Below, in pieces: positions 25,457 to 38,976 of a DNA stretch of 64,000 nt. The notes under the pieces were generated by a model. It was not told the origin of the DNA and did not search any database. It saw only the letters and a list, made by a program, of their open reading frames with translations. Source of the stretch: Schmidtea nova (taxonomy: Eukaryota); assembly GCA_044892505.1 (NCBI GenBank), contig CM097882.1, positions 368,652,001 through 368,716,000 on the forward strand, given 5' to 3'. The position numbers and the translations under genes are program-made. Positions within the stretch are counted from its first letter, which is position 1; each line of letters opens with the position of its first letter.

Positions 25457-26960
25457 TTACTGTTTCGGTAGAATATTTCTTGTCTATCACTGCAATAAAT
25501 TTCTGATCGAGATTTTTCAGGGTTTACATATCTATTTTAAGCGTCAATTTATTTTCATTTAACTTCACCGACTTCTACCAATAATCTTTCCTGTTCTCGA
25601 TACTCAATTAGTATTTATGGTTTGAGAAATGATTTCAAGACCCTTTTTTTCATCCTTCTTTGGATTTGATTTCAACTTAAATCTTTGTAGAATCTTAAAA
25701 AAAGGATGCTTTGACAAAATTTTTCTACAACCATTTTTTATTACTGAGTATCTTAAAAAAACGTTCAATTTCTAATATTACTTTTGCATATCTTAGCCCA
25801 TTTCATAAATCATTGACCACTAGAAAATTATCCAATAACGTTGTCAGCGTATGTGATTTCACGGTTTTATCGGAACTCTTTGTATTTAAAACATCCATAG
25901 TTTTAAATAAAAAATCAATTAAGACAATAGGAAAAGGTTACAAATCGGTGAGTTGGATAACTCACTTTACTATTTAAAATAGTATCACTAAAAATCTTCA
26001 ATTTAGCCGAAATACTATTTATTAAATGAATTAATTGAAATAAATTTATTAATATAAATTTACAGTAATAAGTTTTATTTTGATTTTTAAAATATTTTAA
26101 AACAGTCTATTTGCTGATTATTTATTTAAATAAACAAACTGTTTTGTTAGATTTCATAAATTTCATATGTAAAATTTCATATAAATAATACAAATAATAT
26201 ATATAATAAATATAGTTGACTTCTATTTTCATTATGATGGTAGCAATAAGTGTTTTATTTGTTTTGGTTTAATGGAAAAACAGGTGTGCTCAAAACAAGT
26301 TTTTTTAGAAATAGCTATTATTTTCAATTAATGTTGAAATTCAGAATTTTCATTTTATTTTTAAAAATAAATTTGTCAAGCAACTTTATTTAAAATAATT
26401 AAATTAGTAAGAATTTTATTCAAAGTGAAAGTGAAATCATTAGTGTAAATATTGGTAAGCAATTTACATGTTCACTTAAAGAACCAAGAACATGGGGACT
26501 TTTATTTGAATGTATTTTTCATTAACACTAGGTTTACGAAACCCGTCAATTTGACGGATTTAACTTTTCTAATTTGAAAAACCTTAGAAAACTCAAAAAA
26601 TTCTCAATTAACATATGTTGGTTATTATTGATACAATGACATGCAAATGATCAATCCTTTTTTGTTGTCGGCCTTTTAATTTTGCGAAAATGTGTTGTAT
26701 ATACCTATTTTTACGGAAACCTGTCAAATTGACGGATTATGAAAGGCCCCTTTTTTCTCTCTCTGGTTGCCCTAATTTTGAGCAGCGAGACACGCGCTAT
26801 ATGTACTACATCATCGGATTGTTGAGCTATTCTAGACTTGACTGAAATACGCCAAGAGTAGAAAAACTGAGGCATGCAAAGTTTTGAAAAGGAATGGACT
26901 CTTACAAATTTTCAATTACGGTTTTTTTAGCAATTTTATATGCCCGGGGAGCATATGAAG

Positions 26961-27219
26961 TGCTGGGTTTATGGGTGGGCTTTTAAACGATTAATAATAA
27001 ATAATTAAATAAATAAGAATAAATAAGAATATTAGGGATGCCTCACTCATAACCATACATAAAAACAAATCGTCTCACTCGCGTGCCCCTAACTATTCCC
27101 TATCTAGCTAGGTTGGAACTGCGCGCGGTATTTGAAAATGATGGGCAGGTGATCTTCATCGCTGGAACTACTTCCCATTTATTTTCACGGGTTCTCGCTG
27201 CCGCTAGAATGTCTTACGC
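26961..27219 (+). ncRNA. Conserved structured motif, copy 2
   Basis: Stems CGCGTGC/GCGCGCG (27080-27086 / 27121-27127) and CCTAACTA/TAGCTAGG with loop TTCCCTATC. Confidence 0.55.
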
Positions 27220-28564
27220 GGTTTTTCTCTCAATGTTAACGCTCTACTTCCTTAAAAAATAACAAAACATCTTTTAAATAGAGATTTGATTTAACTACAA
27301 ACTCCTTAAATTATATAAAACGCAAAGAAAATGCGCTGCATCTTAAAATACATTTATTTATAAAAACTCTCGGAAATCTCCTTTACTAAGTATAACTACT
27401 CAAAATCACTGCTATGTCATTGCATCGTTAGGCGCAAAGATTTCTTGATCGAGTTCGTTTTGAGAAAATTTAAATTAACTCGCTATATGAGCTGTAAAAT
27501 TCGTGTAAACTTCAAAATTATCTCGAAAAATGCGCAAACCTCAAAACCTATCGTTATGTAAAACTCAGAATCATTGCTAAAAAATCTTGCAACACTCACA
27601 AATCCTATCACTCTATGCAATACTCAAACCTATAACTATTAAAAAGATGTTACCAGACATTATCCACCATGTGTAACGATCAAAAATTGTTTAATGAAAT
27701 TATTCATTATGTGCAACCATGAAAATAACCGAAAATCCCAATTAAATAAAAAGTTCTAACCGTCGTGTGAAGCTACGGGGCTCCACGACTACGACTGACT
27801 CGCTTGCCGTGTTAGCAGTCGAGGAAGTATATCTATATCTATAAATAACATTTTAAAATACTAAATAATAAACATCATATAATATCAATTTTCGGAAAAA
27901 TTAGCCTCAAAGTTTTATTGTGACCACTGAACAACAATTTACCCAACACATCTCACTAAAATAACACAAAAATACCCGTTCAAAATTGATCCACACGACT
28001 GGCGAAATCAAAATCGAAATTTTGCTCTCCGTAAATTAATGCCGAGGTAAGTTTTGATTTTGATTTTTCAACATCTATTTATACTTATTTTACTGACGCT
28101 TACATATTTTGTTATTTACATAATTTAATAACGATTTAAACTTACTTATTAGTTTTATTAAGTGAGCATTTATTTATCTTTCATAAATTTAACTTTATAA
28201 TTTGATTTATTTATTTTCGAAAATATTTGTTTTTAATTCTATTAAATTAGGTGTGTATCTATTGTTTTATTGTGCATTTATTGATTAAAACAATTTAATT
28301 TTAAATCTATTTTCATTCCTATCTCTGTTAATTTTGCGATATTTCAATGGGGATTTATTCTATAATTTTTAATAAATTATTTTCTTTATTCTGATACCGA
28401 TTTTATTCTTTGATCATGCTTTTCATAATAACTTTACAAGCACTGATCTTCCCCATTCAATTCTCGTGCGGTCCTTCGTATGTAAATCTGACCTGCACTC
28501 AAATTGTGTGCTCTCCTTTGAGATGCCTCTTTTTTATCGCTTCGACCCTATCACGATCGACTTA

Positions 28565-29856
28565 CGTGGTGCGGTCAAAAAGTTTCCGGCCTACCCTACT
28601 TAACAAATTAATTTTTAATAGAAATAGGTTTATTTTATTGGAAATTTATTGACAATTTCATGTTGAAAATCTTATTGACCTAATCCATTTACTTTATCGG
28701 TTGCAGATGGAAATGTCGTTGCAAGTGCATTCACTGGGAAAAATTGAGTATCCCAGTGCTATTCGCTTTTGTGTTCTTCTCGGCCAAACCAACCAGGAAA
28801 TCATGGCAAATCTGAATCGAGCCTATGGCGAAAAGTGTCCCTCTCAGTCTATATCAAGTTTTGGATTGCTGAATTCAAACGGAGTTGGCAAAGTGAGTCA
28901 GATGAGGAACGAGAGGGGTGATCAACGACTTCGATAAATGAAGATGTGAAGTAAAAATTGGAGAAAAGGGTACTGGAAGATCGCCGTATAATTACCAGGC
29001 AGCTTGAAGAATCCCTACAAATATCAGACGGCACCGTAGTGCAATTATTGAAAGACCTTAACTTCAACAAAGTGGTGTCTCGCTTTGTACCTCGCTTTTT
29101 GACAACTGAGATGTGCAATAATCGAAAGAATGCGTGTCTAATGAACCTCGCCATTTACCGCAAGTATGGAAAAAGATTTATCCAAAACATCCTCACTGTT
29201 GATGAGACACCGTTGCCCCTACATCAGCCTGAATCAAAGCGCGAGTCTATGGAATTGAGAAAGCCGGAAGAACTAAAAGTTTGGAAGTCTCGTTTCGGAA
29301 TGTCGCACATACGGGAACTCATGTTGATTGTGTTTTGGAGTCATAAGGGAGTGATCCTTACCGACTTTCTTGAGAAGGACGGACAATCAGCGGAGAATAT
29401 TACGGTAATCTCGTTGAGCAAGCTCGTTGAAAGTGCCGAAAACCATATGGTCTCCCTCACTGGTTTGAACATGACAATGAGCCAGTTCACACCAGCCGCA
29501 TTGCCCAAGCAAAGCTCAATGACTGTGGCTTCGAAATCATTAGCCACCCTCCATACAGCCCTGATTTGGCTCCCTCAGATTACTGCCTATTTACGGTATT
29601 GAAGAAGCAACTGTGGGGACAGTATTTCATGGATGCATGCGATTTAGAGGAGGCTGTAAATCGGATTTTTGTCCAGCTTCCACCCTCATTTTACCATGGG
29701 GCATTCAAAGCCCTCCCTTGTCGTTGGCAGAAGTGTCTCGATGCCGGATGTAATTGGTTCGAGAAGTAATGGTATTGGTGTTGATAAAAATATAGTTGTG
29801 ATTTCTTGCTTTTACTTTTTTCTGGGGTAGGCCGGAAACCTTTTGACCGTACCACG
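28565..29856 (+). mobile_element. Mariner (DD34D) transposon, 1292 bp, frameshifted
   Basis: TIRs CGTGGTGCGGTCAAAAAGTTTCCGGCC / inverse, TA TSD on both sides. Motifs ILTVDET, LIVFWS and HPPYSPDLAPSDY. Confidence 0.94.
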
Positions 29857-30290
29857 TATAAGATGCGGTTCGTATGACTACTATTGTACTTAACTGTTTT
29901 TATTTTCCCTTGCGTTCTTTTACTGCTTAACGTCTTGTCTCGCTTTTCTCTTTGTATGTATTTAATTTTTAATAAATTTTTATTAAATTTATTTTTGATT
30001 TCACCAGCCCAACAGAAGTAAAATCCTTGCAAGCTTCATATTTATGGTTTAAGAAATGAGGACCTCGTTTTTTACGAACAATGTCAAGGTATAAATTTAT
30101 GGAAATCATTAAATTAATACGTTTCCACAAAATAATGAACGAAGTGAACGTCTGAAAACAGACAAATTTGCATTGATTTAAAGTATATAGAATACCATAA
30201 TTATCATTTTTTACCTTTGATCTTATTTTATTATTATAATCAATAATTCCCATAATGATGACTATAGATCAAAACTTTTTTTATAAAAAA

Positions 30291-30323
30291 ACACAATATT
30301 TCGGAACAGCCTTTATCAAGTGT
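30291..30323 (-). ncRNA. Minimal type-I hammerhead ribozyme variant (U3-A8 core), Penelope pLTR-like
   Basis: Minus strand reads ACAC-TTGATAA-AGGCTGTTCC-GAAA-TA-TT-GTGT: stem I ACAC/GTGT and core UUGAUAA...GAAA. Confidence 0.65.
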
Positions 30324-30336
30324 GTATTTCTGAAAT

Positions 30337-30371
30337 ACACTTTTGATAAAGGCTGTGCCGAAAGATTGTGT
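30337..30371 (+). ncRNA. Second hammerhead variant, the inverted partner in an ~160-bp palindrome (30252-30412)
   Basis: ACAC-tt-TTGATAA-AGGCTGTGCC-GAAA-GA-TT-GTGT. Palindrome centre at 30331. Confidence 0.6.
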
Positions 30372-31720
30372 TATTGTTTATAAAAAAAATTTTGATCTAT
30401 AGTCATCATTATTGAAATATTTGATAATAATTATATAGAATACATTTATTGAAAATAGCCAGAATTGTTACAAACCAAACGCAAACATCACAGTCGATGA
30501 TTATTTATTTCATACAAAGGTGAGGTGTCGATTTCTTCAGTAAATGCTAAATAAACCAGATAAATTTGGCATAAAATTCGGAAAAGGAAATATTTAATAA
30601 ATGGTTTCCCATATTTGGATAAAGATGAAATGCGAAAAACAAACATGCCTATGTGTGAACACGTTGTGCTCAAACTTACTGACCCATATCTAGGTTATGG
30701 ACGAAACATAACCACAGATAATTTTTTTACTAGTCTTTCACTTGCGAAAAAATTACTTGCAAAAAAAACTACTCTGGTGTGGACTATACGTGGGAACAAA
30801 AGAGAATTACAAAAATTGTAAAAACTAAAGAAGATAGCATGATTCAGTTTTCAACAAAACTTTATAAAAGAGAAAACTGCGTTCTCATAGTTTACAAAAG
30901 CAAATTAAGAAAAAAGTATTATTACTATGTTCAAAGCACAGATCAGTTTAAATTGAAAACAGTAATAAACGTAACCCAGAAACATTTAAATATTACAATG
31001 ATATCAAGAATAGAGTGAATGTTGTCAATCAAATGGTGTGAAATTAGTGTGAAAGCAGGATGTCGTAGATGGCCTCTTCAAGTATTTTCTAACATCTTAG
31101 ATTTAGCGGCTATCAATGCATGGATTTTGTATAAAGAGGTCACTGGAGAAAATATAACTAGAAATAATTTTATTTTTCAATTGGCTGAAGAACTAGCAAA
31201 TGGCCACAAAGATAGACCTGCTACTAGTTCAAGTTCACCGTCCATAAATCCCAATATACGGAAGTCTTGACAAATAGGATTTTGTAAAAAAATAGGTCTA
31301 ATAATATTTGTGATGAGTGTAATAAGTATGTGTGTATAAAATGTACACTCCAAATTAATATTATATGTAAAAAATGAATCTATCTTAATAAAAATACATT
31401 GTTTTAATATAAAATCAACCAGTTTCATTACAAAAAACGTAATTTTCAAATATCCCTCAAAATGACGGGTTTCAGTAGAAAAAGTATACATTTTAGTCAG
31501 TAAATCTAGTGTTAAAAATTTTTATTAGATAATATTATTATAGTTACAAAATTTGGTAATGAATTTTATATTTAAATATTATTTTTATAACAAAAATAAA
31601 AACTTTACTCATCGAAATTAAATATTTAAGTTATTTCTTTTTTATTGATTCTCTGACACACTTTTTCAAGATGTGGCTCAAAATGTAGAACTTAGTCATT
31701 AATTGAACGATTTATTGTAT

Positions 31721-32575
31721 TGTTGGGGTCATGTTTAGATAAGCATGAAATAAAATAAAAAGCACAAGAGCTATGTGCAAATCTATAAAAAATACAAAAT
31801 CCAAAAAAGAATAATTAAAGTTCAAAAATTAATTAAAAATTTAAAAAATTAAAAATAAAGATTTAACGGGGGAACTTGGTATGCACGTATGGCAAATGGG
31901 GAGACAAGTAGGAATATGATTGCAATGTATCAGTGAAGGGTCCCCAGAAAAAAATATATTAAATTAATGGAAATTAATTAAAAATTATTGAATAAATTAT
32001 TAGCTATTTAGAAAACCCGAGTCAATGGGAAGCCAGAGTGCATGGGAGATCCAGGATAATGGATAGTTCGAGTAAGGGAAACCCGAGATGAAATCAAATT
32101 ACGAAAATCACGGATCAGGTAAATTGAATTATAACAAATTCAAATCAACAAAAAAATCAAATTACTGAAATTCCTAATCTAATTTCATCTAAAGTCAGCA
32201 AACATAATCAATTTGTTGACAAGATGGAAAACTATAAAAGCGGCACGCAAAAAACACAGAATTTCAAGTTGGTCGAAAAAAATTGTCAGTAGAGTTAATG
32301 ATTTTGTAAGTTAGAAGAAAGTTTTTATATAAGAAACATTCGCAAATCAAGCGTACCAGAAATGGCAATCTACCATTGGTAGACCTACCCCTATCTCTTA
32401 GAAAAAGAGTGCAGAAAGTTTGTGCAGAAACTTGAGAAAGATGTATTAATTTTAATTGTTGTAAATTGTCAAATAGAAATAAACAAAAATTTATTATGTT
32501 GGTATTTAGTTATTTTATTAATTGACGGAGCACGAAGAGTCAAAAACTGGACTTTCTCAAATTAATAACCCAACA
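31721..32575 (+). mobile_element. Solo LTR, family 'L' (855 bp) with 4-bp TSD
   Basis: TGTTGGG...CCCAACA termini. GTAT at 31717-31720 and 32576-32579. AATAAA near the 3' end. Confidence 0.8.
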
Positions 32576-33504
32576 GTATAAACTAACTCAAAGCAATTAT
32601 GTTTTTATTGAGTTAAAAGGAGTAGATATATATATACATCGAGGACACCTAAATAATAAAATTAAGTAACATCATAAATAAATAAAATAATTGAGGGAAA
32701 AGCGATAGGATAAATGAGACTTTCTTCTGGAAATTGGAGAAGAAGAAAGAAAAATCAATTGATAAATGAGGAAAAATTAACAAAATAAATGAAATCAAAC
32801 AACAAAACAGGAAAAGGTCATTAATTATAAACAAGTACAAAAACAGAAAGGAATTCCAAAATATGAAAACAAAAACAAGAAGAAAATGTATATCTTGACA
32901 GCTTGTCAGAGATAATGCAGGAGCTAGGAGGAAAATGTGAAGTATACTGGATGCAAAACCGGGAAAAACAAAATTTATCGAGCGTCAGAAATAGACGAGC
33001 TATAAAAAGGAAAGTTTAGATTAGAAAATATTTAAGAGGCAAATCGTATTGGGAAGAAAAATATAGTAGAGAAAAGAAACTTATTTCGATAAATTGAGTC
33101 ACATTATTGAAAAACTGGTATTGAGAAGAAGTGAACGAAGCAAACGAGAATTAGAAGAGTCAAAGTACATTGTATTAAGTATCAAGTAATTTTCTCATTT
33201 TTCGGACATATTCGCTATAGCATCTCAACATCTATTTTATTTTAACTTCCAGTTCGAATAACTGTGTTTCTTTTTGTTTTTGTGCTAATAACGGTATCAC
33301 GTATTTTAGATCCTCAAGATTTATTCATTCTATATGAATTTTATTTAATATTCTTAGTACTTCATTCTCATCTGTTGGATATCTTTTCAAAGATTCTTCT
33401 AATTCTTGTTTAAGAAGATTATATCTATCTATCTCCGCTAGTATTTGTTCATCTCTTTATATTTGTTCTCTTAATTCATCATTGTCCATCTTGACTTCAT
33501 TCGT

Positions 33505-34282
33505 AAAACGGTTTATTAATAAATAGTCGGTTAGTATCTGACTCTCATGTCCTTTCTTTTTTAAGAAATGAATAACCCCCAACACAATAATCTTTATTTT
33601 TAAATTGGATTCCAATACACACAACAATCTCTATTAACACAAATTCAACTGTATAGCGTTGATTTGCACTCTTCTGCGTTAAGGTAGAAGACCCAATGGG
33701 AGATCTCCCTTTCTGGTACTCAGGAAAATTTATAAATCCGAATTATACATTTTTGTTTCTCTTAGAGTTTCTTTTCTCGCTTCCAATAACTCGCTCGATT
33801 TACAATTTTCAAAATTCGTCTTCGACCACTCTGGCGATTACGGCAATTCTGGCTTGCCTTTTATAATGATTCTTCGATTGATCCTGTCGCTCTCTAATTG
33901 ATTTGTCAAATAGTTAATTAAACTTGCGTCCTGCAATTAGTAAAATTATATTTCCTAATTAATGAATTTTTTGATACCCCGGATTTTCTATTAGCTCGGG
34001 TTTCCCATTAGGTAATTGATTATTTTAATTAATTTGCATTTTTTTAATATTTATTTCTGGGGTTCCCTTTTTAATTTTATATACCTATATTGGAATTTGT
34101 CTCATCATTTAGTATCCTCCCATACCAGTTTCCCCTTTTCAATCCTTATTTTGAATATTTATAAATTTTTAATTATTGTTTGTAATTTAATTATTATCTT
34201 TCCAATTTTTGGTTTTTTTTTGATTTTTGCATTGATTTGTGCATTTTAAATTTATTTTCTTTTTATTTTAACAACCCCAACA
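33505..34282 (-). repeat. Diverged LTR, family 'L'
   Basis: Starts TGTTGGGG on the - strand at 34282. Shares ggggaaactggtatgg, ccccagaaa and gggaaacccgag blocks with 31870-32030 and 46070-46220. Left end degraded. Confidence 0.6.
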
Positions 34283-34299
34283 AAAGCTTAAACTCATTT

Positions 34300-35215
34300 A
34301 TTAATACATTGATTTTTTTCTTTAAATTGATCTCTCGTATTTCGTTTTAAATTCTTGTAATTCATCTCTCAGCATCTTAATTTCATTATTCGACTCTTTA
34401 ACCTTCATACTATCTATTTCTTTTACTTCTGGTTCCCATAAATTACTCTCTATTCGGTGATTCGGTTCGCATATTTCTACAAGCTTTTGCTATATGACCA
34501 TATTTTTGACAATTAAAACATATTATTTAACCTTGAAAATCAACTTTATCTCTTCCATCATTATTAAATGGGCTCGGTAGTCTATCTCTGTTATAATTTT
34601 GCTGATTTGGACTTTATCGTCTACCTCTAGAATTACCTCTATTAGATCCAAAACTATATATGTTATCATCGCTTCTATTAAGATCAAAATTATTCACTTT
34701 TTTAAAGTTCTTCCTATTATTTCGATTATCATTAAAACAAATATTTTTATTATATCGATTATTATCAAAATAATTATTCCTATTATAGTTTGAACGGCTC
34801 TCATTATCTCTATTATATTCAAAATAATTAATTCTATCCTTTCGATTAAATTCTACCTAATTATCATTTCGACTATTCGACTTCTACTTCGGGCTATTAA
34901 ATCTATTATCTTTTTCTGGTGATTGATCTCGACTGGTATTCGGAAAAATTCTTTTTCTATTTTTAACATAATTTTAATACAACTGTTTCGTCTATTTCCA
35001 TGGAATATATCATCTTTATCGTTTGACTCAGATTTCCCTATTTTACTTTCTAATTCTACTGCATCAACTACTGAGTTAAAGCTCTCTTTTGTTGAGGTCT
35101 CAATTATTTTTAATTGAAATCCCAACTTAACGGGGGTAATTTCTATATAGATAACAAGACAAAGTCGCTTTATAAAATTTATTAAATAATCAAAAAAACT
35201 ACAGCTCCAAAGCAA
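34300..35215 (-). pseudogene. gag: Decayed gag remnant with a CCHC zinc knuckle
   Basis: 34478-34520 (-) encodes CFNCQKYGHIAKACR. Confidence 0.6.
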
Positions 35216-35392
35216 AATTCAAATTCCAATTAAATGTATTTTAAAACAAGGTTCTAATCAAATGTATATTAATAAATACTGGTTAAATGTGACCTATTGT
35301 GTGCGTGCTATGTTGATTGTAGAGAAATGTGTGAGCTTTATTTTATTTTATTTTTCTGCTCGGGTTTTAACTACTCTTTAAGATTATATTAA

Positions 35393-35479
35393 TGTTGTTT
35401 CTATAAAGACAAGAAAATCACGCTTTATTTTAAAAATCTATTATACTCAAATTTCTGCGTATTCAAACAAACCTTTACA
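35393..35479 (-). repeat. 3' LTR of element C (87 bp)
   Basis: TGTA...AACA on the - strand, with AATAAA inside. Confidence 0.9.
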
Positions 35480-38334
35480 TCTCCCCGTGATTTTCGTCTT
35501 CGTTCACGTTAAAACTTGTTTCAAAATCATCAAGGTATCGAGGTCTTCTGGTCCTGACTCTAAGTTCATCTAGGCGCAAGTAGTCTAATGTTGGATTATC
35601 AACGCTTGTTAGTCCTTCATCGTTGTTGTTATCCACTGACACTTCGTTGACAGCAGGTCGTATATCAAAATAGTGGCGCGGTATCCCGTTGATTTCGAAG
35701 TTGGTCGATGAATTTACCTTGGTTACACTCCCCTCACCCATGTTGAGGTGCATTTCGCATTTGGTGGTTTAACGTAAACTGCATCGCCAACTTGGAACGA
35801 AGTATACTGTGTCTTCCCTTCTGTATTACGTGCGCCATCTCCTTTCTACCAATATGAAAACACGGGAGAGGATGGAGGCGTTTTGAATTTTTCATTAGGT
35901 GCTAGGTTGTACCAGTATACCATGTCCAATACTCCCTTGTTGGTTCTGGCTGACATACGTTTAATAGTATGATGGTTCCGTTCTATTATACCGTTCCCGG
36001 AAGGCCTATAAGCACATCGAAACACACATTTTACACCCCATTTGTAGCACAGTGCTTTCATTTGTGTTGACCGAAATGAAGACGCATTGTCGATCACCAG
36101 TTCATCAGTTGAACCTCGTTCTCTGAAGATCTGTTCAAGGTTCCGTGTAATGGTCTCCGCATCTTCACTTCTTATTTCCCTCCACAGAGCGAAACGACTC
36201 GGTCCACAATCAATCACAGTCAAATAAAGCTTACTTAAATAGTGTGTAACATCCATAGCCAGTCTCTTCCATGTCTCCTTAACGCTCAACTCTCCATGCT
36301 CCCATTTAACAGGCGCTGGATCGATAGATTGACACTCTACACATTTACCTATTATTATCTTAACATTCTCAAGCGTAACGTCCGGACAAAGTTGCTTTGC
36401 AAAATACAACGTCTTCTTGGCTCCAAAATGATGCTGTCTGTGACTTTCTCGTACCACTTCGCTCATAACAGCAACGGTGCTTACAGTTGGTTCATCACAC
36501 GATTTAACCCAAGTCAGCTATTTGTTACTGACTCTTGTGAGTACATCTGCTTTGTTTTTATCTGTCGGAACAAACTCAACCGAGATCGTTAAGTCATAAC
36601 TCTTTCGTAATTCACAGATAATCTGCAGACGTCTTCGTACTAGCATTTCAGCAATTCCATGAGTTCGGATTCTAGCAGTATCCGTTAAAACTGAATCTAT
36701 CCAACTCCTAACGGTATCGGAATCTGTTATTACAACTAAGTTGCTTCTTTCCCAGCTGATGGCTAAGTTAATTCCCTTTATCACTGCATCCAGCTCTGCA
36801 AGGTTTATATGAGCAAAATCGTTTTTCTTCCTCATCCATGATGCATCTTCGACGATTTTACCTGATATTTCAAACACCACTCCTAATGCCAGATTACTTG
36901 CATCGCACCAGAGTATTGTAGATCCTTCTTTGTTTACGTGCCCCTCACCAGACACCGGATCACTTTCTTTCACACGATACATCATTTCGTCGACCATTCT
37001 TAGCGCGATCTTTCCAATCGAGTCATCCCACTTACTCCCAGCACTGTGTCGTTTTATATAGCTACTCGATACTCTCAACCATCCAGCAACTGGATAGTGC
37101 CCAAAGAGTTGACCGCAGAGTGAAAATAACTCCCTTCTTGACATGTCTGTAAACTCGCTGTCTGGCAAAATGTATCCACGGTGCCACGTACGACCGTTAA
37201 TACTCGTTTGAAGCTGGAGACCTAGCACTCTTGCATTATAAAACTCTTTCGGTGACTTTGTAATTAGCCCGTATGTTGCCAAATGGCTTATTACTTCATT
37301 GACGTTTATTCTCGACTGGTCGACAATAATGTCGTCAATATAACTGTCTGTTGCTTTCCTGATGTCTTCTCTTAAACGTAATACCTTTCGTACTATTGTT
37401 GACATTATTTTTGGAGCCACATTTAAACCAAAACCGAGTCTCGTTAGAAAGTATCCGTTCCCTTTGAAACTAACCCTTTGATGCTCCCATAGCTCTTTTT
37501 CCACATGGATCTGAAGATAAGCATTTTTAAGATCAATTAATATAACCTGTTCGCCCATCATTCGCCATCACCTTAATGATTCGCCACATACGTCACTTTG
37601 TTCATTATGACTACTAACATATTTATTTAGTTCCCGAAAATTCATTACCGGGCGAACTTTTCCTTTGTTTATTTGCTCTACTGCTAATAACGGGATTTTT
37701 CCATACGCGACGTCTTTCGTTGGAATTAGCCATCCTTCTTGAATCCACCGTTCAACCTCCGTATCAAACTTGATCTGTAGCCCTGGATCGATTTTGTAAT
37801 TTGAAATTCTATTCAATAGTACAACTGGTTCTGCTTTCCATTTCCACTTCACGGTCCACTTGCTATCAATGAATACTGCTGAAAAATCACCATCTTCAAT
37901 TCGCACATTTTCATTTGACTGATCCAACATCTCAGCCACGCACGATACATCTGCAATACCTGGAAAAGATACACCAGTCTTGTCAATTTAAGACCACCAA
38001 GCATCCCTATTACGTCCATTCCTAAAATCATGTCAACATTTAGTGGTAGATTCAACAACGAGACACAATCAACACTCAATAATTTACCACCAACAATCAG
38101 TTGAACTTTCACATCACGCATACACTTGACTAGTGATCCATCCGCAGTCATGATACTCCCATTCCGCATAAATCGATTCTTCGCAATTCTGGCTGACACG
38201 ACTGATTTGGAACATCCCGAGTCGATCAATGCTTTCACGGACTCCCCATTGGTCATGACAGAAATAAACTAAAGCGCCATTATATTCGTGCTGGAGTAGA
38301 CGCTGGCGCAAGCGTTACTCCTTTTCGGTTTCCC
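35475..38334 (-). pseudogene. pol: pol of element C with premature stops
   Basis: ALIDSGC, LIDLKNAY, YIDDI, WCDASN, HINLAEL, LAMDVTH, IDNASS and GIIER. GGGAAAC slippery site at 38328-38334. Confidence 0.9.
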
Positions 38335-38972
38335 GACTCTGAATTTTTGGTACACTCCTTTGCAATGTGGCCCTTTTCTTCACACCGCCTACACTTCTTT
38401 CCTTGTTTCTTAAAGCAACGTCCTTGTATATGGCCATTCTTTCCGCAATACAAACATTTCTTATACTTGTCTTATTTTCCCACAACAGCCGAACATAGTT
38501 CCATAGTGTCGCAGTTTACTAAAACTCGGGACTGTTTCAAAACATCAACAAGAGACATCTGCTGAATTTTGGCATTGGATCGTAACTGTTGTGACGTTGC
38601 TGTTGGCAAACCCATAATGAATGCGCTTTTTATTAAAATCTCATTGTTTATCTTGGCCAATGATGCTAAGTTTTTGAGATCATTCAAATATACATCGACT
38701 GGCTCATTGCACCACTTTCGTTCACGGAATTGGTCATATGCTTGGAACATATCTATGGAATAGACATCGATTAGAGCATGTTCGATCTTCAATGCGTTGC
38801 CCTTGTCTTCCGCACTCAAATACTGATATACAGCGAAAGCTGGCCCATCTAGGTATAATGGAATAAATGATTCTAAACCTGCGATTTTCTGAATTTTTAC
38901 CACTAGCTTCACTTTTTGAATCCACTGTTGAACATCGCCTTCTCCTCTGAAAATTGGGATCATCTTGTCCAT
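38275..38972 (-). pseudogene. gag: gag of element C (stop at 38472 before the two CCHC knuckles)
   Basis: ORF 38472-38972 continues after the TAA into CLYCGKNGH...C and CRRCEEKGHIAKEC. Confidence 0.85.
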
Positions 38973-38976
38973 TATT

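Larger units (their letters stand above)
26820..30014 (-). mobile_element. Solo LTR related to the giant element's LTR, interrupted by a mariner (net about 1.9 kb)
   Basis: Termini TGTTGAGCTATTC (26820) and CCAGCCCAACA (30014) resemble TGTGAGTTATCGC (50008) and CTGGCCCAACA (53327). It shares the structured motif, and block 27760-27800 is similar to 52561-52600. No TSD found. Confidence 0.6.
30015..31330 (+). pseudogene. piggyBac transposase remnants
   Basis: Fragments RLKTDKFAL, GRNITTDNFFTSLSLA, RRWPLQVFSNILDLAAINAW and a C-terminal Cys cluster. Confidence 0.85.
26526..31511 (+). mobile_element. piggyBac (PGBD4-like) element, internally deleted and interrupted by nested insertions
   Basis: TTAA at 26522-26525 and 31512-31515. 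TIRs CACTAGGTTTAC / GTAAATCTAGTG. Subterminal CCGTCAATTTGACGG palindromes. Confidence 0.85.

Noticed and set aside
31721-34282. Single 2.56-kb element with TGTTGGGG/CCCCAACA terminal inverted repeats
   Set aside because: The flanks do not form a TSD, whereas 31721-32575 has its own GTAT TSD. It is two opposite LTR copies.
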